Source of the DNA: Octopus sinensis
Taxonomy: Eukaryota
Reading direction: 5' to 3'
Assembly: GCF_006345805.1 (NCBI RefSeq)
Contig: NC_043005.1
Coordinates: forward strand, 19,344,001 to 19,408,000
DNA: 64,000 nucleotides
Below, one piece after another: positions 35,251 to 48,470 of this stretch. A program made the position numbers and the translations under genes. Under the pieces are notes generated by a model. It worked only from the letters and a program-made list of their open reading frames with translations, did no database searches and had not been told where the DNA came from. Position 1 is the first letter of the stretch. Each line of letters opens with the position of its first letter.

Positions 35251-38200
35251 AGGACGATTTCTACTCTGTCTTCCCGTTGTTAACACTGTAAAACAAGTAA
35301 GGAAATAGATACAAACGGTTATACTTATATTGAATTTGAGATGATGAAATATTTCATCAGACCAAATATGACTAGACAATTTGAGATGTTGAAACACCTA
35401 TTTCATCAGGCAAAACATGTTTGGTTTATTTAAGATGATGAAATATTGCATCTGAACAATGCAGCAATGAATAATGTAATTTATTTTAAAGGTATATTTC
35501 CATGATGTAAATGAAATAAATGCATACGCATTAATTGGAATTTCTATATAATGCATGAGCTAAAACCAAAACACTTTCACATCTTGAAAATTGTACGTGA
35601 TATCAAAAAACTAATTGCATATTTGAAATCAGCATTAAAAACTACACTAATTACACCTTGATATATGCTTGATGAAAAATAATTGTTCACTTGCGTAATT
35701 AAAATGTGTGACCTTATCACAGTGTTGCGCTGATTTTGTATGAGGATTAAGTAAAGGGTGCATGCGCCTGTTGACCACTCGGCAACTTAACATTGTAATT
35801 CAATGAACAGACATTTCAGTTGATCAAACAACTGAATGATTCATCGTCAAAACCAACAGAGAACCTCCTATCATCGCAGATACTTGTTTATCTTATCAGC
35901 CGCAGAAGAATTAAAGCCGAAGACAATTTCAATAGAATTTCATCAAAGAATGTAACGGAAGCACGCAGCCACAAGAATGCAAGCGACTGAGAATACATAT
36001 TATACATTAATATATCACTGATACTTCTATTGTTAACTTCAAAGAGATGTAATGCAGTCTGTCTCGAGGAGTATTTAAAATCTTACCTTAAGACTATATT
36101 ACTAAATATAAATTCTTTGCTCCGGCACACTACTGTTCTCTCTCCAGCAGTTTATGATTACACATAATCAGACCACTAGGTAATCAATTCTATAACCAAT
36201 AGATCACGTCAGCGGCTTTACACTCAAACCATATTTAATTTCTTGTTGGTTAGTGCTGACCTCGATGAAATATACTTATGATCGATGACTACCTCTTATT
36301 TCAAGCTATAGTGTATCTCAAATTATATTATCCAGTGTGTGCTATTTTTAAGACGGTTGGGAATCACTGGACATATATTCGATGTTCTCTGTGTTACCAT
36401 AGTTGTAACTTCAGCATGTCAACTACCAACATTTTGTCTTTTGTTCGAATTAATTTATATTTTTCTTACTCCATATGGCTGTTCTTCATATTCTAGCTTT
36501 CATAACTAAATTAAATTTTAGATCACGTTTAGCGGTTTGAATCGATTAAAAGCGAAAGATGAGGAACCCTTACAGCAGCAAACTAACGAAAGGAATTTCT
36601 AATTGGTTAATCAATCTGATGGAAACAACAACCAAATCGCAATAAAATAAAGAAGGCTGTATTAGTCAATGCAGTTTTAATCAGTCGTTGGATTTAACGC
36701 AATCTCTTGGCCACTCTATTGTAAGCATTCTAACCAGGTCTTTGTTGGGAGAATAACTTCCTGCTTCCGAAAAGTTTCAGGTGTCCTGAAAAAGAGTCAT
36801 TAACGTTGCAATTTCTCTTTGCAATAAGCCATAAAGAGACTGGGTAGTGTACCTTAGGAATGCTTGTAAACATAAGTCTAGCTGATCGGTGTTGACCTGG
36901 GTTAAATAATCATAACAACAACTTCAGTTCAGTTAATTGCTAAAATTCTCGACTGGACCACCGATTTAGCTGTAGATAGGTACCACTTAGAGGCAATAAC
37001 TGATCACTCGATCAACTAGAAATAATAGCCAAATCCCCTCAAATTATCACCTTTAACATGTTACATGGAAATGTAGACTTAAGCATAGCGTTGAGTAAAA
37101 ATTAGCACGGAATGGTCACGACTAGAAAGCCATTTTTCATAACTTGTCAGATTAAACAGCAATAAATTACTATGAGAAACAATCTTTCATTATTAGCATT
37201 AGTATCGCCGAATTATGTGCCGTTGTGTCGACTATTACCACATTATTAAAAGCAATACCATATTTTCTCTACTCTGTCCTTTTATCTACAGCAAGCCCTT
37301 TCATTATCAGACAAAAATACTTCTTTTCTTCCCAGCAGCCAGAACCGAAAGAGGAACTTGTCAAGTAATACTTGTCACCAATCTCAGGCAGGGATGTAAA
37401 ACTGACGATTTTTATTCAGCCTTTGTAGTTCCCAACTGTTACTTTCGTGAACTAGATGGCTCGGTAATGCGTCTCACTCGCAGTTCAGCTTTTCTGTCTA
37501 ATCATTCAAATAGCGACTAATTTAGAGATGACATCTGTATAGAAGTGACTATTAATAGGGACTTTCTACAATTGACATTGTTGTTCAAATTACGAAGAGG
37601 ATGTATTGTATGGTTGACTGTGAGCGGAACTTTTTTAACGTAAGACGAAAATATATTGGGACGGAAATATAGTAGGATGAATCGATCATGTATATAACCA
37701 AAGAGGAAATAGTTAAGAAAGTCTATAGGGATATAATTACCACAAAAAGCTAATTTCCGGCATAAAATACAAACTGCATGGTATGTTGTCAATTGGAGAA
37801 ACATATCGGAAATTGGCAAACTTATCTAGACAGCATCTTCTAGACATCAGCATAACAGCACCGGATGCTTAAACCCGAATCTGCATTTCATTTTCTTACC
37901 TACATCGTTCCATTATTTATCTTCAATCATCTCTTTGTATTGATATGAACCACGGATACTAAATCCCTTCCATAAGTATACACGACCAACACTACGTTTA
38001 TTGCCTCACTCTCTTCCTACTTACACATACACAAAAAACACCGCTTCATAAACGCTCTCCCATTCTCTTGTACACATATGTATGAAGAACATAATGGAAG
38101 TATCATTCATACACATTAAAAAAACCACGCTCATGCAGGAACATTCTCGAGCATTATCGCCCGTGACTAGCCTCTCTTTTACAGGGAATCATACTCTCAC

Positions 38201-39247
38201 GCCACGTCTCTCTTGTTACAGAAGACTCAATAATATGCACACACCGATTGTCTACCTCGGAAGCTTAACTCTGTTTGGGATGAAAAATACCATTCTCCAT
38301 GTCAGAGTTCCATCTGACATTTATTCCCTCACGGTGCAGCTTACAACGCAACACTGTACACAGCGTCTATGGAACTTTCATCTCTTTTATATCTAGACTA
38401 CTTTTTCCTGATAAAACACTACCGTCCGAAACGATCTGATTCTTACAGTTATCTTGTACTCTTCTTTGTTGTTGCTGTTTTTTTCCGAAATGTTTTATAT
38501 ATATTACGCTCCGACGCATATTCCAGCTCCGAATACACTGGTTGAACTATATTAGAAATACATACAGGGAATGTAATCCGCCGTCCATAGCTTTTGATCA
38601 TTTACTATGCTTATAGAATAATAAATATTTGAGTTAAGGTTTGTAAAGATTTGCTTTTGTACATTGCTTCATAAAAGCTCTTTTATATTTATTGTTAAAG
38701 CGAGAGAAAGATGATATTCATATTTTCATAACTAAACCAGGATTGTATTGCAAATAAATATATTGTGAAGTGAAGCTTTTACTTGGTTAAAGTTCAATAA
38801 CTCCATATAAAGAAATATACTTATTAAATGGCATTTATTTATGTTTTGCTTTCCTTAAAGACCTCATCTGAAATCGAACGCCATTGCTTGTATTCACATG
38901 CAGTTTTAAAATTCTGAATTGATTGAAAATATTGTTTCTTAGGTTGTTTACATTCTCAGATACTTAAAAATATAAATCAATTTTGTGTTGCTTAAAATAT
39001 AATGTTCTCGTAAAATTCGTGATTGTCTCCATGTGTATTCAAGAATACAATCCATTTTTATCACTTTAGAATAATTTGATACCCGCCTACAGGTTTCAGA
39101 TTTCTAGTAAAAGTGCAGACATCGCTACAGACTTAAGAATTTCGCTTAGCGACTAAGTGGTTCCTAGTTCAATCTCATTGTGCCGCAACTTTGGCATGTG
39201 TCTTCTACAATTCTCACAGGTTGACCAAAAACTTATGAGCAGAAATT

Positions 39248-39633
39248 CTTTTCTACTCTAGGCACAAGACCTAAATTTTTCAGGGGGAAGCTAGTCGATT
39301 AGATCGACGTAACTGGTACTTAATTTATCGACCCCGAAAGGATGAAAGGCAAAGTCGACCTCGGCGGAATTTGAACTCAAAACGTAAAGACAGACGAAAT
39401 ACCTACTTCTTTACTACTTACAAGGGGCTAAACACAGAGAGAACAAACAAGGGGAGACAAACGGATTAAGTCGATTATATCGACCCCAGTGCGTAACTGG
39501 TCCTTAATTTATCGACCCCGAAAGGATGAAAGGCAAAGTCGACCTCGTCGGAATTTGAACTCAGAACGTAGCGGCAGACGAAAACCGCTAAGCATTTAGC
39601 CCGGCGTGCTAACGTTTCTGCCAGCTCGCCGCC
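39248..39633 (-). mobile_element. Family B SINE dimer inserted into a degenerate family A SINE
   Basis: Junction gaaatacc|tacttc at 39403/4; one 15-bp TSD ttatgagcagaaatt at 39233-39247 and 39639-39653. Confidence 0.9.
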
Positions 39634-40019
39634 TTTTTTTATGAGCAGAAATTGATAGATCTTCCCTGAAGCTCAGGTCACTATGCCCACATATACACGC
39701 ATGATGTTTAGGCGCTATAGTGTGATGTAGATAAACAAAGAAAATATTTGTGTTGAAAGGAGGGATATATGAGACTAGGAGGAAACTATGGGTCTGTAAG
39801 ATGTGGGTTATTGTAAGATATATTTGATTTAATGTGGAAATTTTGTTTTTGTTAAGGGTTCAGTGAAGCATGACCTGGTTAGTTTATTAAAGCTAACTCA
39901 GTGTAGACTGGTATATTTGACTGCTTTATTCTCGGCTGGATTTGAACTCAGAGTGTAGAGAGTGGGAACAGATGTTATTGTTGCTATCGTTGATTTTGTA
40001 GTCTAGTTAATATTTACTT

Positions 40020-40452
40020 CTTTATTACCGTAGAAGGGATAAGCAAGGACACACAAAGGTATTAAGGTATTAAAGTATTAAGCAAGGACACACAAAGGTA
40101 TTAAGTCGATTATATCGACCACAGTGTGTAATCGGTACTTATTTAGTCGACCCCGAAAGGATGTAAAGCAAAGTCGTCCTCGGTGGAATTTGAACTCAGA
40201 ACGTAACGGCAAACGAAATACCTATTTCTTTACTACCCACAAGGGGCTAAACACAGAGTGGACAAACAAGGACAGACAAACGGATTAAGTCGATTACATT
40301 TACCCCAATGCGTAACTGGTACTTAATTTATCGCCCTGGAAAGGATGAATGGCAAAGTCGACCTCGGCTGAATTTGAACTCAGAACGTAACAGCAGACGA
40401 AATACGGCTGCGCATTTCGCCCGGCGTGCTAACATTTCTGCCAGCTCGCCGC
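40020..40452 (-). mobile_element. Family B SINE dimer
   Basis: Junction gaaatacc|tatttc at 40222/3; imperfect TSD agttaatatt. Confidence 0.88.
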
Positions 40453-41031
40453 CTTTTTGCTCAGTTAATATTGTTACTGTTGGAAGCAAAACGGCTTTCA
40501 CTGGTAAACAGGTGTGTCAAATTTAGATCACAAATGTCTTTGTAGAGAAAGTTGTTCTTTGCTGTATTTTAGGGTTAAAAAAAAGCAAAAAAATCTTTAT
40601 ATATAAATTAGGTGGTTATCAATACATGGCAGACTGTGATGTTATAAGTGTTAGAGTTATTAGATTTCTATCAAGAAAACTAAGCGATCTAGGAAGGTTA
40701 TTATACTACTAGCAGACCCCGTGCCGTCAATAATGACAGCTAATTGTAGTATTGTATATATAAATGAGTTACAAAATAAGATACATAATAATCACAAATA
40801 CAAACATTCACATACTTTCCTTCAACACGAACACATATACACACATATATTCACACAGAGTTGAAACGTTGATTATTTTTTTCACCCCTTTCTACCTTAT
40901 TCATCTATCACCCTTCCTTTCTCTCATTGCTGTTACTTTGTCTCACTCCCTCTTAGTCAGGGCTATTATCTCACGACTTCTCCTTCACTGAATTACTATT
41001 TTCTCTCCTCCTCCGCGTCCGGCGTGATACT

Positions 41032-41090
<59 letters not shown>

Positions 41091-41284
41091 CACTAATATA
41101 TAAAAACACTACGCTATGTTTGGAGATAAATGTTTATTGAGATTTCTAGTCTGTTCCCGGCTGGGTTATTTGGATTTATATTATTGTAGAGAAATGCATA
41201 CACACTTCCATAATGTTACTTATACATTCAGATTAATGCACAAGATTGATAAAGTTTTCCATTGGTATATCCGTCAGTGGTATG

Positions 41285-41323
<39 letters not shown>

Positions 41324-41397
41324 CATACATACATACATACATACATACATACATACATAAGTAAATAAATGGAGTTGAACGAAGATGTTATTAAAAT

Positions 41398-41493
41398 TCT
41401 TTTACTTTCGATATATGTTTCGAAGACAACATTGGTATTATTCCAAAGGAATAAACGGTGTAAAATGTAATCTTCTCATCAGGAAAGAAAGAG
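41398..41493 (-). ncRNA. Hammerhead ribozyme in the 3' pseudo-LTR, stem III and cleavage triplet altered
   Basis: CUGAUGA-GAAGA...UCUUC-GAAACAUAUAUC in place of GAAACAUGUC. Confidence 0.55.
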
Positions 41494-42199
41494 ACCATAT
41501 CTCAACAAGACATTATAACAATTACGATGACTGCCTAAATGATAAGCAGAACGTTATTAAGTATTTAATAAAACCGTTAGTAGATTCGACGTTAAAGGCA
41601 AACACTAGGAAGAGAAGGGGTAAAGAAATAATAAGTAGAGAACAAATAAAGAGGGATACGTTGGTTGAAAAAATGTTCAAAGGCTTAGAAGTAGATTTCT
41701 CTATTGAAGTAAAGTGCAAGTTAAACTAACTGTTCAAACTATAAAGACTGGCAAAATCACTTATACGAGCTAAAAGTATGTTTCTGCCAGTGTCTACATT
41801 TGTAAGATCGCTCTATAAGTGTGTTAATAAGGTGATTCTTAGAGAAGAGAATATAGAAGAGTTCAGAGTTGCAAATGTTACAAAATTGCTTGCCCTTATC
41901 GTAAGGAAAAGATATGGTCAGGAAGAACCAATCTAAATTAAAATCTTTATTGTTGTCTTTAAGATGCCAAACCAATTTACTTAGCCCTGTGCTATGGCGT
42001 TATCTGCTATCCCTAAATGATGAATAATGATTGGAAATTCTCTTAGATAACTGGGAAGAGGATGCGCCTATGTAGAAGTAGACATCGGTACCACAAGAAA
42101 TTTTACATTGGTATATAGAAGTCTTGATCTTAGAGTTATTAGACATAAATTTAATTCTGTTGGAGTTGTCCTCAGAGACCAAAACCATGTTTTTATTGT

Positions 42200-42207
42200 T
42201 ATCATTA

Positions 42208-42273
<66 letters not shown>

Positions 42274-42660
42274 TCAGTAGTTTTATTTTTATAGCGTGCT
42301 TTCACTTCACTACCGAGCGCAGCTCTGTGTGCCTTGGGTATGTGCTGTGATTTGTTGTGATGCTCTGATGGTTATTGTATGGAAAGTGTTCTGCGTAGGA
42401 TGTGTGCAGTGCCTAGTAGTGCAATTTTCTGTATGTTATATGTGTTTGTAAGTCCTGGTGTTTTTGTTATGTATTTGTCTGAATATTTTTTTATCATGCC
42501 TAATGCACCTACTATGATAGGAATTGTTTCTGTTTTCAGATTCCACATTCTAGTTACCTCTATTTCTAGGTCTTTGTATTTTGAGAGTTTCTCCATTTCT
42601 TTTAGAGACACGTTGTCATCTGCCGGTATTGATACATCAATTAGAAAGCATTTTTTTCTC

Positions 42661-42720
<60 letters not shown>

Positions 42721-42731
42721 TATTATTATTA

Positions 42732-42777
<46 letters not shown>

Positions 42778-42842
42778 ACTATTAATATTATTATTATTAA
42801 TATTATTATTATTATCATTATTATTATTGTTAATACTATTAA

Positions 42843-42885
<43 letters not shown>

Positions 42886-42907
42886 GTTGTTAATACTATT
42901 AATATTA

Positions 42908-42964
<57 letters not shown>

Positions 42965-42970
42965 CATTAT
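42200..42970. repeat. (TTA)n array inside the Penelope element
   Basis: Read directly. Confidence 0.95.
42273..42660 (-). mobile_element. 3' fragment of an R4/Dong-like RLE LINE (subfamily 2) in (TAA)n
   Basis: ORF 42372..42611 KYKDLEIEVTRMWNLKTETIPIIVGALG..LLGTAHILRRTLSIQ plus 3' UTR; TAA on both sides. Confidence 0.9.
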
Positions 42971-43260
42971 TATTATGTGAGGGGTTGGAATTAACAAGCT
43001 TAATGTTGGAACTCCCAGAAAATGAACTTTTATTTAGCAGATAGGTATTATGAGAAGATATAATTTGTGAAAGATTCTTTGTGTTGGAGAAGGCAACTCT
43101 AACTATATGAGAGTTAATAATCGAATAATATCTAGTTCTTCCTAGTGTTTGCCTTTGACGTCGAATCTTCTAACGTTTCGTTTTAAATACTTAATAACAT
43201 TCTGTTTATCATTTAGGCAGTCATCGTAATTGTTATAATGTCTTATTTTTGAGATAGGCA

Positions 43261-43355
43261 CTCTTTCTTTCCTGATGAGAAGATTATATTTTACACCGTT
43301 TATTCCTTTGGAATAATACCAATGGTGTCTTCGAAACATGTCGAAAGTAAAAGAA
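43261..43355 (+). ncRNA. Type I hammerhead ribozyme with intact core
   Basis: cuuuc-CUGAUGA(43272-43278)-GAAG...CUUC-GAAA(43333-43336)-CAU-GUC/gaaag; palindromic stem III ACAUGU; predicted cleavage after 43342. Confidence 0.8.
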
Positions 43356-43500
43356 TTTTAATAACCTCTTCGTTCAACTCCATATATTTACTTATACTAC
43401 ACAAATTACTGCACATTAACCCGGAGTTTCTACCTTTGAATAGGTCGAAGGATAATTCATTCATCCATTTACATATTTATATACATATATATATATATAT

Positions 43501-43581
<81 letters not shown>

Positions 43582-43666
43582 GTATGTATATATACAGATT
43601 AGTGGTACAACAAGGCACCAATATTTACTGGAAATATATATATATATATTATATATATATATATAT

Positions 43667-44089
43667 CAGGTCGTCGTCGACTTACGACCACAATTGGTTC
43701 CGACTGAGTGGTCGTAAGTCGGCCTATATGTCTATATAGCTTTGTTTTATATTTTTACATTCTCGGGTAAAAGTCACACACACCATTCTGTATTATACTA
43801 TTATACTGGCCTTAGTCAAAAATTTCGTGTCTCGAGCAGTCGTCTTATAAACAAATACGAGGTTGCCTCGGTGCCTTCGCGGCAGCATATTCATCCAACG
43901 CTTGGGATAACCGCAGTGGCGATCGATAACCAAACCTAGGGGAAGCGTTAGCTGACATCATCTGTAGACGGGCTAATTTCTAAGAATTTAAACCCATTAG
44001 ATTTCAACTGGACTATTTATTTTGGGGCGCCAATCGTCGTAAAATCAATCGGTCGTAAGTCGGATAGGTCATAAGTCGACGACGATCTG
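43667..44089. mobile_element. Tigger/pogo-like MITE in (TA)n
   Basis: 23-bp TIRs caggtcgtcgtcgacttacgacc and ggtcataagtcgacgacgatctg (2 mismatches); TA-repeat flanks. Confidence 0.8.
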
Positions 44090-44267
44090 TATATATGTGT
44101 GTTTTGTGTGTGTGTAATAATAGAAAATTTAGACAAATACATATAATTAGACTAATGTCTTTAAATGTTCAGTATATATATAAAGCAAGCACCTGTATGA
44201 CACGATTGCCGCACTCTAAATATATGAAGCAATATATATGCACCTGCAAGTGTTTATATTATGAGAG

Positions 44268-44405
44268 GTCGACTTTGCCTTTCATCCTTTCGGGGTCCTT
44301 AAATAAAGTACCAGTTGCGCACTGGGGTCGATGTAATCGACTTAATCCTTTTGTCTGTCCTTGTTTGTCCCCTCTATATTTGGCCCCTTGTGGGCAATAA
44401 AGAAA
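44268..44405 (+). mobile_element. 5'-truncated family B SINE
   Basis: gtcgactttgcctttcatcctttcgggg..gtgggcaataaagaaat. Confidence 0.85.
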
Positions 44406-44758
44406 TATATATTATGAGACAGCGACTAATTGTTTTGAATTGTTTTGTTTTTCTTCCTACAGAATATTGCTCTCCAAGCAGGTTTTGTAGTGCTGCCACT
44501 TATGTCGCTGACGCAAAAACCCGATGACGGCCCGACAATCCGACCATGCAGCAGGTTTTATTGTTTTATATGTTACCAGCAGTGTTCACCCGCTTTCATC
44601 CGATATACATGCCTACACATCCATATACATACATACATACATATTTATATATACATAGATATGTACGTACGTACGAATGTTGTGCACACATACATGAATA
44701 CGTACATACATACATGCATACATACATACATACATACATACATACATACATACATACA

Positions 44759-44790
<32 letters not shown>

Positions 44791-44894
44791 CGGATCTTCT
44801 ACACAACAAACTCTCGAAAGGAAATTAATAAAAGGCAAGAACGCAAAACATGGAAACTGCATTATCAGAAAACTACACAGCTTAAACAAAACAT

Positions 44895-45334
44895 GGATCT
44901 TTTCGGTTTGAACGGCAGTTTTTAGCATATTTTCTAGGTAACTAAAAAGTTTTAAACTTTGTATACTGGTAGAATGTGTTTATAAAACATCTTTTTCTCT
45001 TGGCTTTATTGAGAAAATTCTATAGTTTGTAAGATATTTGTTGTTTTTTTCTTCAATTACTGCAATTTCAACCAATCAGTGACGTCTATTGAGTTAAAAA
45101 GCATTCTGTGCAGTATGAATATGTCCCACGTTTAAGAAACAGATTGGGTTTATTTACATTTGTGAAGAAAAAAAGATACCCTTCCCCCACCGCTAACCCT
45201 AACCCTAACTAACCCTTACTAACCATAACTAAAAGAGATTGAAATGCAATAGATCGATTCTAGGGTCATAATTATGGGTGACAATTTCATATGACACCGC
45301 TAGAAAAAAACTGCCGTTCAAATCGAAAAGATCC
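44895..45334. mobile_element. MITE with GG...CC termini and an 8-bp TSD (Merlin-like)
   Basis: 28-bp TIRs ggatcttttcggtttgaacggcagtttt and aaaactgccgttcaaatcgaaaagatcc; TSD caaaacat at 44887-44894 and 45335-45342. Confidence 0.8.
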
Positions 45335-45593
45335 CAAAACATTTACCACAAGTTCGCTTCTAACCTCTTAACGTATGAAAATAAGATGTTAATCTAAAAT
45401 CTTTAATGGGGCGGATTATAATGCCCTGTAGTGGTATGAAATCAGAAAGCAATACGTGCTATCATTTCAAGTAGAACTTACACTATGAACTCTGAAACTT
45501 ACACTAAAGTTGTGTATCTCATGACTGAATAACGCTGTGTAAGTGGATTCACTAGAGAGAAACCTGCGCAAAAGCACGTCATGTGCGTGCATG

Positions 45594-45627
<34 letters not shown>

Positions 45628-45799
45628 TATTGCTTTTGTTTCACATCGCTTGAGCAATCATCAAATAGACCTTACAGTTGGATACTGGCACTAGAACTCA
45701 ATGTTGTATAGAAAATTATTCAAGTGCATCTTTAAAAAGTACAAAGATCAAATTGGCGTACAAAATTGCATTTCCATGGTGCGAACGCATGTCGTAGAT

Positions 45800-46438
45800 C
45801 AGTGTTTCCCAACCTTTTCACTAACAGGGACCCCTTTTATTTAAATGAGTTTTTCCACGGACCCCTTTTAACGTGTATTCAACGCAAAGGTAAACCTATT
45901 TTTCATATGTTCATTGCGTTGTACTGTTGTATCTTTATGATGAGTTTATGGTCGTTTTTGGAGCATTGGCTCCGATTTTAGTAAGTGGTATTATATACCC
46001 TACTGAATCTAAATTTACATTATATTGTGCCTGTAACGGTGTAAACTTGCTAGCCACCTTATTACCTTATTAATACTATTAATAAAGGCAATAATACTTC
46101 TATATTTGAATTTTTCTTGCTTACGATAGTTTTCTTTTAAACGGAGCGGGACGTTTAAAGTAGGGAACGCACACGAGCTAATGTAGTGAATATTTTAGAA
46201 ATAGATGTTAAAATGTTATTTTCAACTAAAGATCGCAGCATATGTTTGTCATGTAAAGCCGAAATCAATTGATATTGAAATATACATTACTGATGTATTC
46301 CACGCAAAGGTAAACCTATTTTTCATGTTTATTGTATTGTACTTGTGTATTTTTATCGTGAGTTTATGGTGGTTTTTGGAGCATTGGCTCTGATTTTAGC
46401 AAGTGGTATTATATACCCTACTAAATCTCTCACTCCCT

Positions 46439-46515
<77 letters not shown>

Positions 46516-46595
46516 ATTTTGAATTTAATTCACTGACCGCAGTACTACTTTTGCAGACTAACAAGAGTCCGCGGACCACAGGTAGGGAACCACTG
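45800..46595. mobile_element. hAT Charlie-like non-autonomous element(s) with an internal ~130-bp direct repeat
   Basis: cagtgtttcccaacct and aggtagggaaccactg ends; repeat at 45877-46010 and 46296-46428; no matching TSD, so possibly two elements. Confidence 0.5.
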
Positions 46596-47542
46596 TCCCC
46601 AAGAAATATGAATGCAATGGTATAATTTTATTTGTTGGCTTAAAGATTTTGAATAAGTTTTACCTAAGCTGCCATAATGAATTCCACTAGAAATATCTGG
46701 GACTGATGAACATGCAAGTGATAAGAAGTGAAAATAGGTATGTATCGAATGACGTATAACGGAGAAAAAAATGTGCTGACAGATATAAAGCAAACATTTG
46801 TGACAGTGAAGCTTCGTTGCAGAAAGGCTTTTGATTCTATTTTCCACATATGATGCTGGAATAACTGCATTTGACAAACGATTCTGTTACATTACAAAGT
46901 TTTACGAAGACCCGGTCAGCAACCTTCACTTTCATAAATGGAAACAGAACCATTCAAAGGAAACTATCTGCCAGTGAGTTTATTTTGACATTAAATTCAT
47001 TGTCACATCATGTTCCCTGAAATCATAACTGTAATTTCTTTGTTGACATTTCAAAGATGTACAAACTGGAAATATTTACAATAAAAAAGGCGAGCAGTGA
47101 CGTAAAGGAGGAGGAGGGTGGAGAGAGAGGAGGAGAAGGAGGTGGAGGAGGAGGATGGCAAGAAGAGGCTGAGAAGAAGGAGGAGGAGAAGGGGAAGATG
47201 ATGGTGATGATGAAGAAGAAGAAGAAGAAAGAAGAAGAAGAAGAAGAAGAGAAGAAGAAGAAGAAACGAAATAAATAGCCTTAAATGATCTTGAAATCGA
47301 AAGAAAATAGATTTATTTTCGATATTGAAGAATTACGATATGCCAACCGAATTATATATCAAACACTGAATACTGATCTTCCAGTATTTTTCGGTTCTTC
47401 TCCTTAAATGAATATCTTGGTTTTCGCGGTGGGGTGGTTAGTTGTTCAGTGATGACATTTCTCATTGTATATAGGGCAACGATTTTCTAAATTCTTCTTC
47501 AGACTTGTTAATGGTAGTTTTGTAACATGATTGCAATACGAA

Positions 47543-47960
47543 GGCGGCGAGCTGGCAGAAACGTTAGCACGCCGGGCGAAATGCTTAGCGGTATTTCGTC
47601 TGCCGTTACGTTCTGAGTTCAAATTCCGCCGAGGTCGACTTTGCCTTTCATCCTTTCGGGGTCGATTTAATAAGTGCCAGTTACGCACTGGGGTCGATGT
47701 AATCAACTTAATCCGTTTGGCTGTCCTTGTTTGTCCTCTCTGTGTTTAGCCCCTTGTGAGTAGTAAAGAAATAGGTATTTCGTCTGCCGTTACGTTCTGA
47801 GTTCAAATTTCAGCCGAGGTCGACTTAGGCCTTTCATCCTTTATAGATCTATTGAATAAGTACCAGTTATGCATTGGAGTCGATGTAATCGACTTAATCC
47901 ACTTGTTTGTCTTTGTTTGTCCCTTCTACGTTTAGCCCCCTGTGGGCAATAAAGAAATAA
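47543..47960 (+). mobile_element. Family B SINE dimer
   Basis: Junction aaagaaata|ggtatttc at 47773/4. Confidence 0.9.
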
Positions 47961-48237
47961 ATATTAACTGAGCAGCAAAATCAACGATAGCAACAATAAT
48001 ACTTGCTCTCGATCTCTGCACTCAGAGTTCAAATCCAGCCGAGATCAGATTTGCCTTACATTTCTGTGCGATGGATAAGATAAACCACTCAATACTAAGT
48101 TAGCTTTATTAGACTAACCAGACCGTAAAAGTTCTGTCCCTGTGCCTGAGCTGGCAGAATGTCAGACTCTGTGCCTATAATAGAAAGGATTATTATTATT
48201 ATTATTATCATTATTATTATTATTATTATTATTATTA

Positions 48238-48470
48238 AGGCGGCGAGTAATGCGGCGGCGAGTTGGCAGAAACGTTAGCACGCTGGACGAAGTACTTAGT
48301 GGTATTTCGACTGTCTCTACGTTCTGAGTTCAAATTCCTCCGAGATCGACTTTACATTTTATCCTTTCAGAATCCATAAATTAAGTACCAGTTGCTTACT
48401 GGTGTCGATGTAATCGACTAGTCTCCTCTTCACAAATTTCAAGCTTTATTCCTTTAGTAGATAGGATTAG
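48238..48470 (+). mobile_element. Family B SINE, short type
   Basis: ggcggcgagttggcagaaacgttagc..aagtaccagttgcttactggtgtcgatgtaatcgactag. Confidence 0.8.

Larger units (their letters stand above)
32940..35695 (-). mobile_element. Full-length decayed Chapaev3-type (CMC superfamily) DNA transposon
   Basis: Left end CACTGGTCAACAA; right end reverse complement CGCAAGTGAACAA (9/13 match); TAA flanks at 32937-32939 and 35696-35698; subterminal gatttc..atcacgta/cagcacgta motifs at both ends. Confidence 0.8.
41357..43395 (-). mobile_element. 5'-truncated Penelope-like element with inverted pseudo-LTR
   Basis: Inverted repeat of ~255 bp (41357-41613 and 43137-43395); minus-strand RVAFSNTKNLSQIISSHN, IYQCKISCGTDVYFYIGASSSQLSKRISNHYSSF, CNICNSE..CRH. 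Confidence 0.88.

Noticed and set aside
44510-44550. CCGATGA-CGG...CCG-A hammerhead-like remnant
   Set aside because: Both core segments are mutated.
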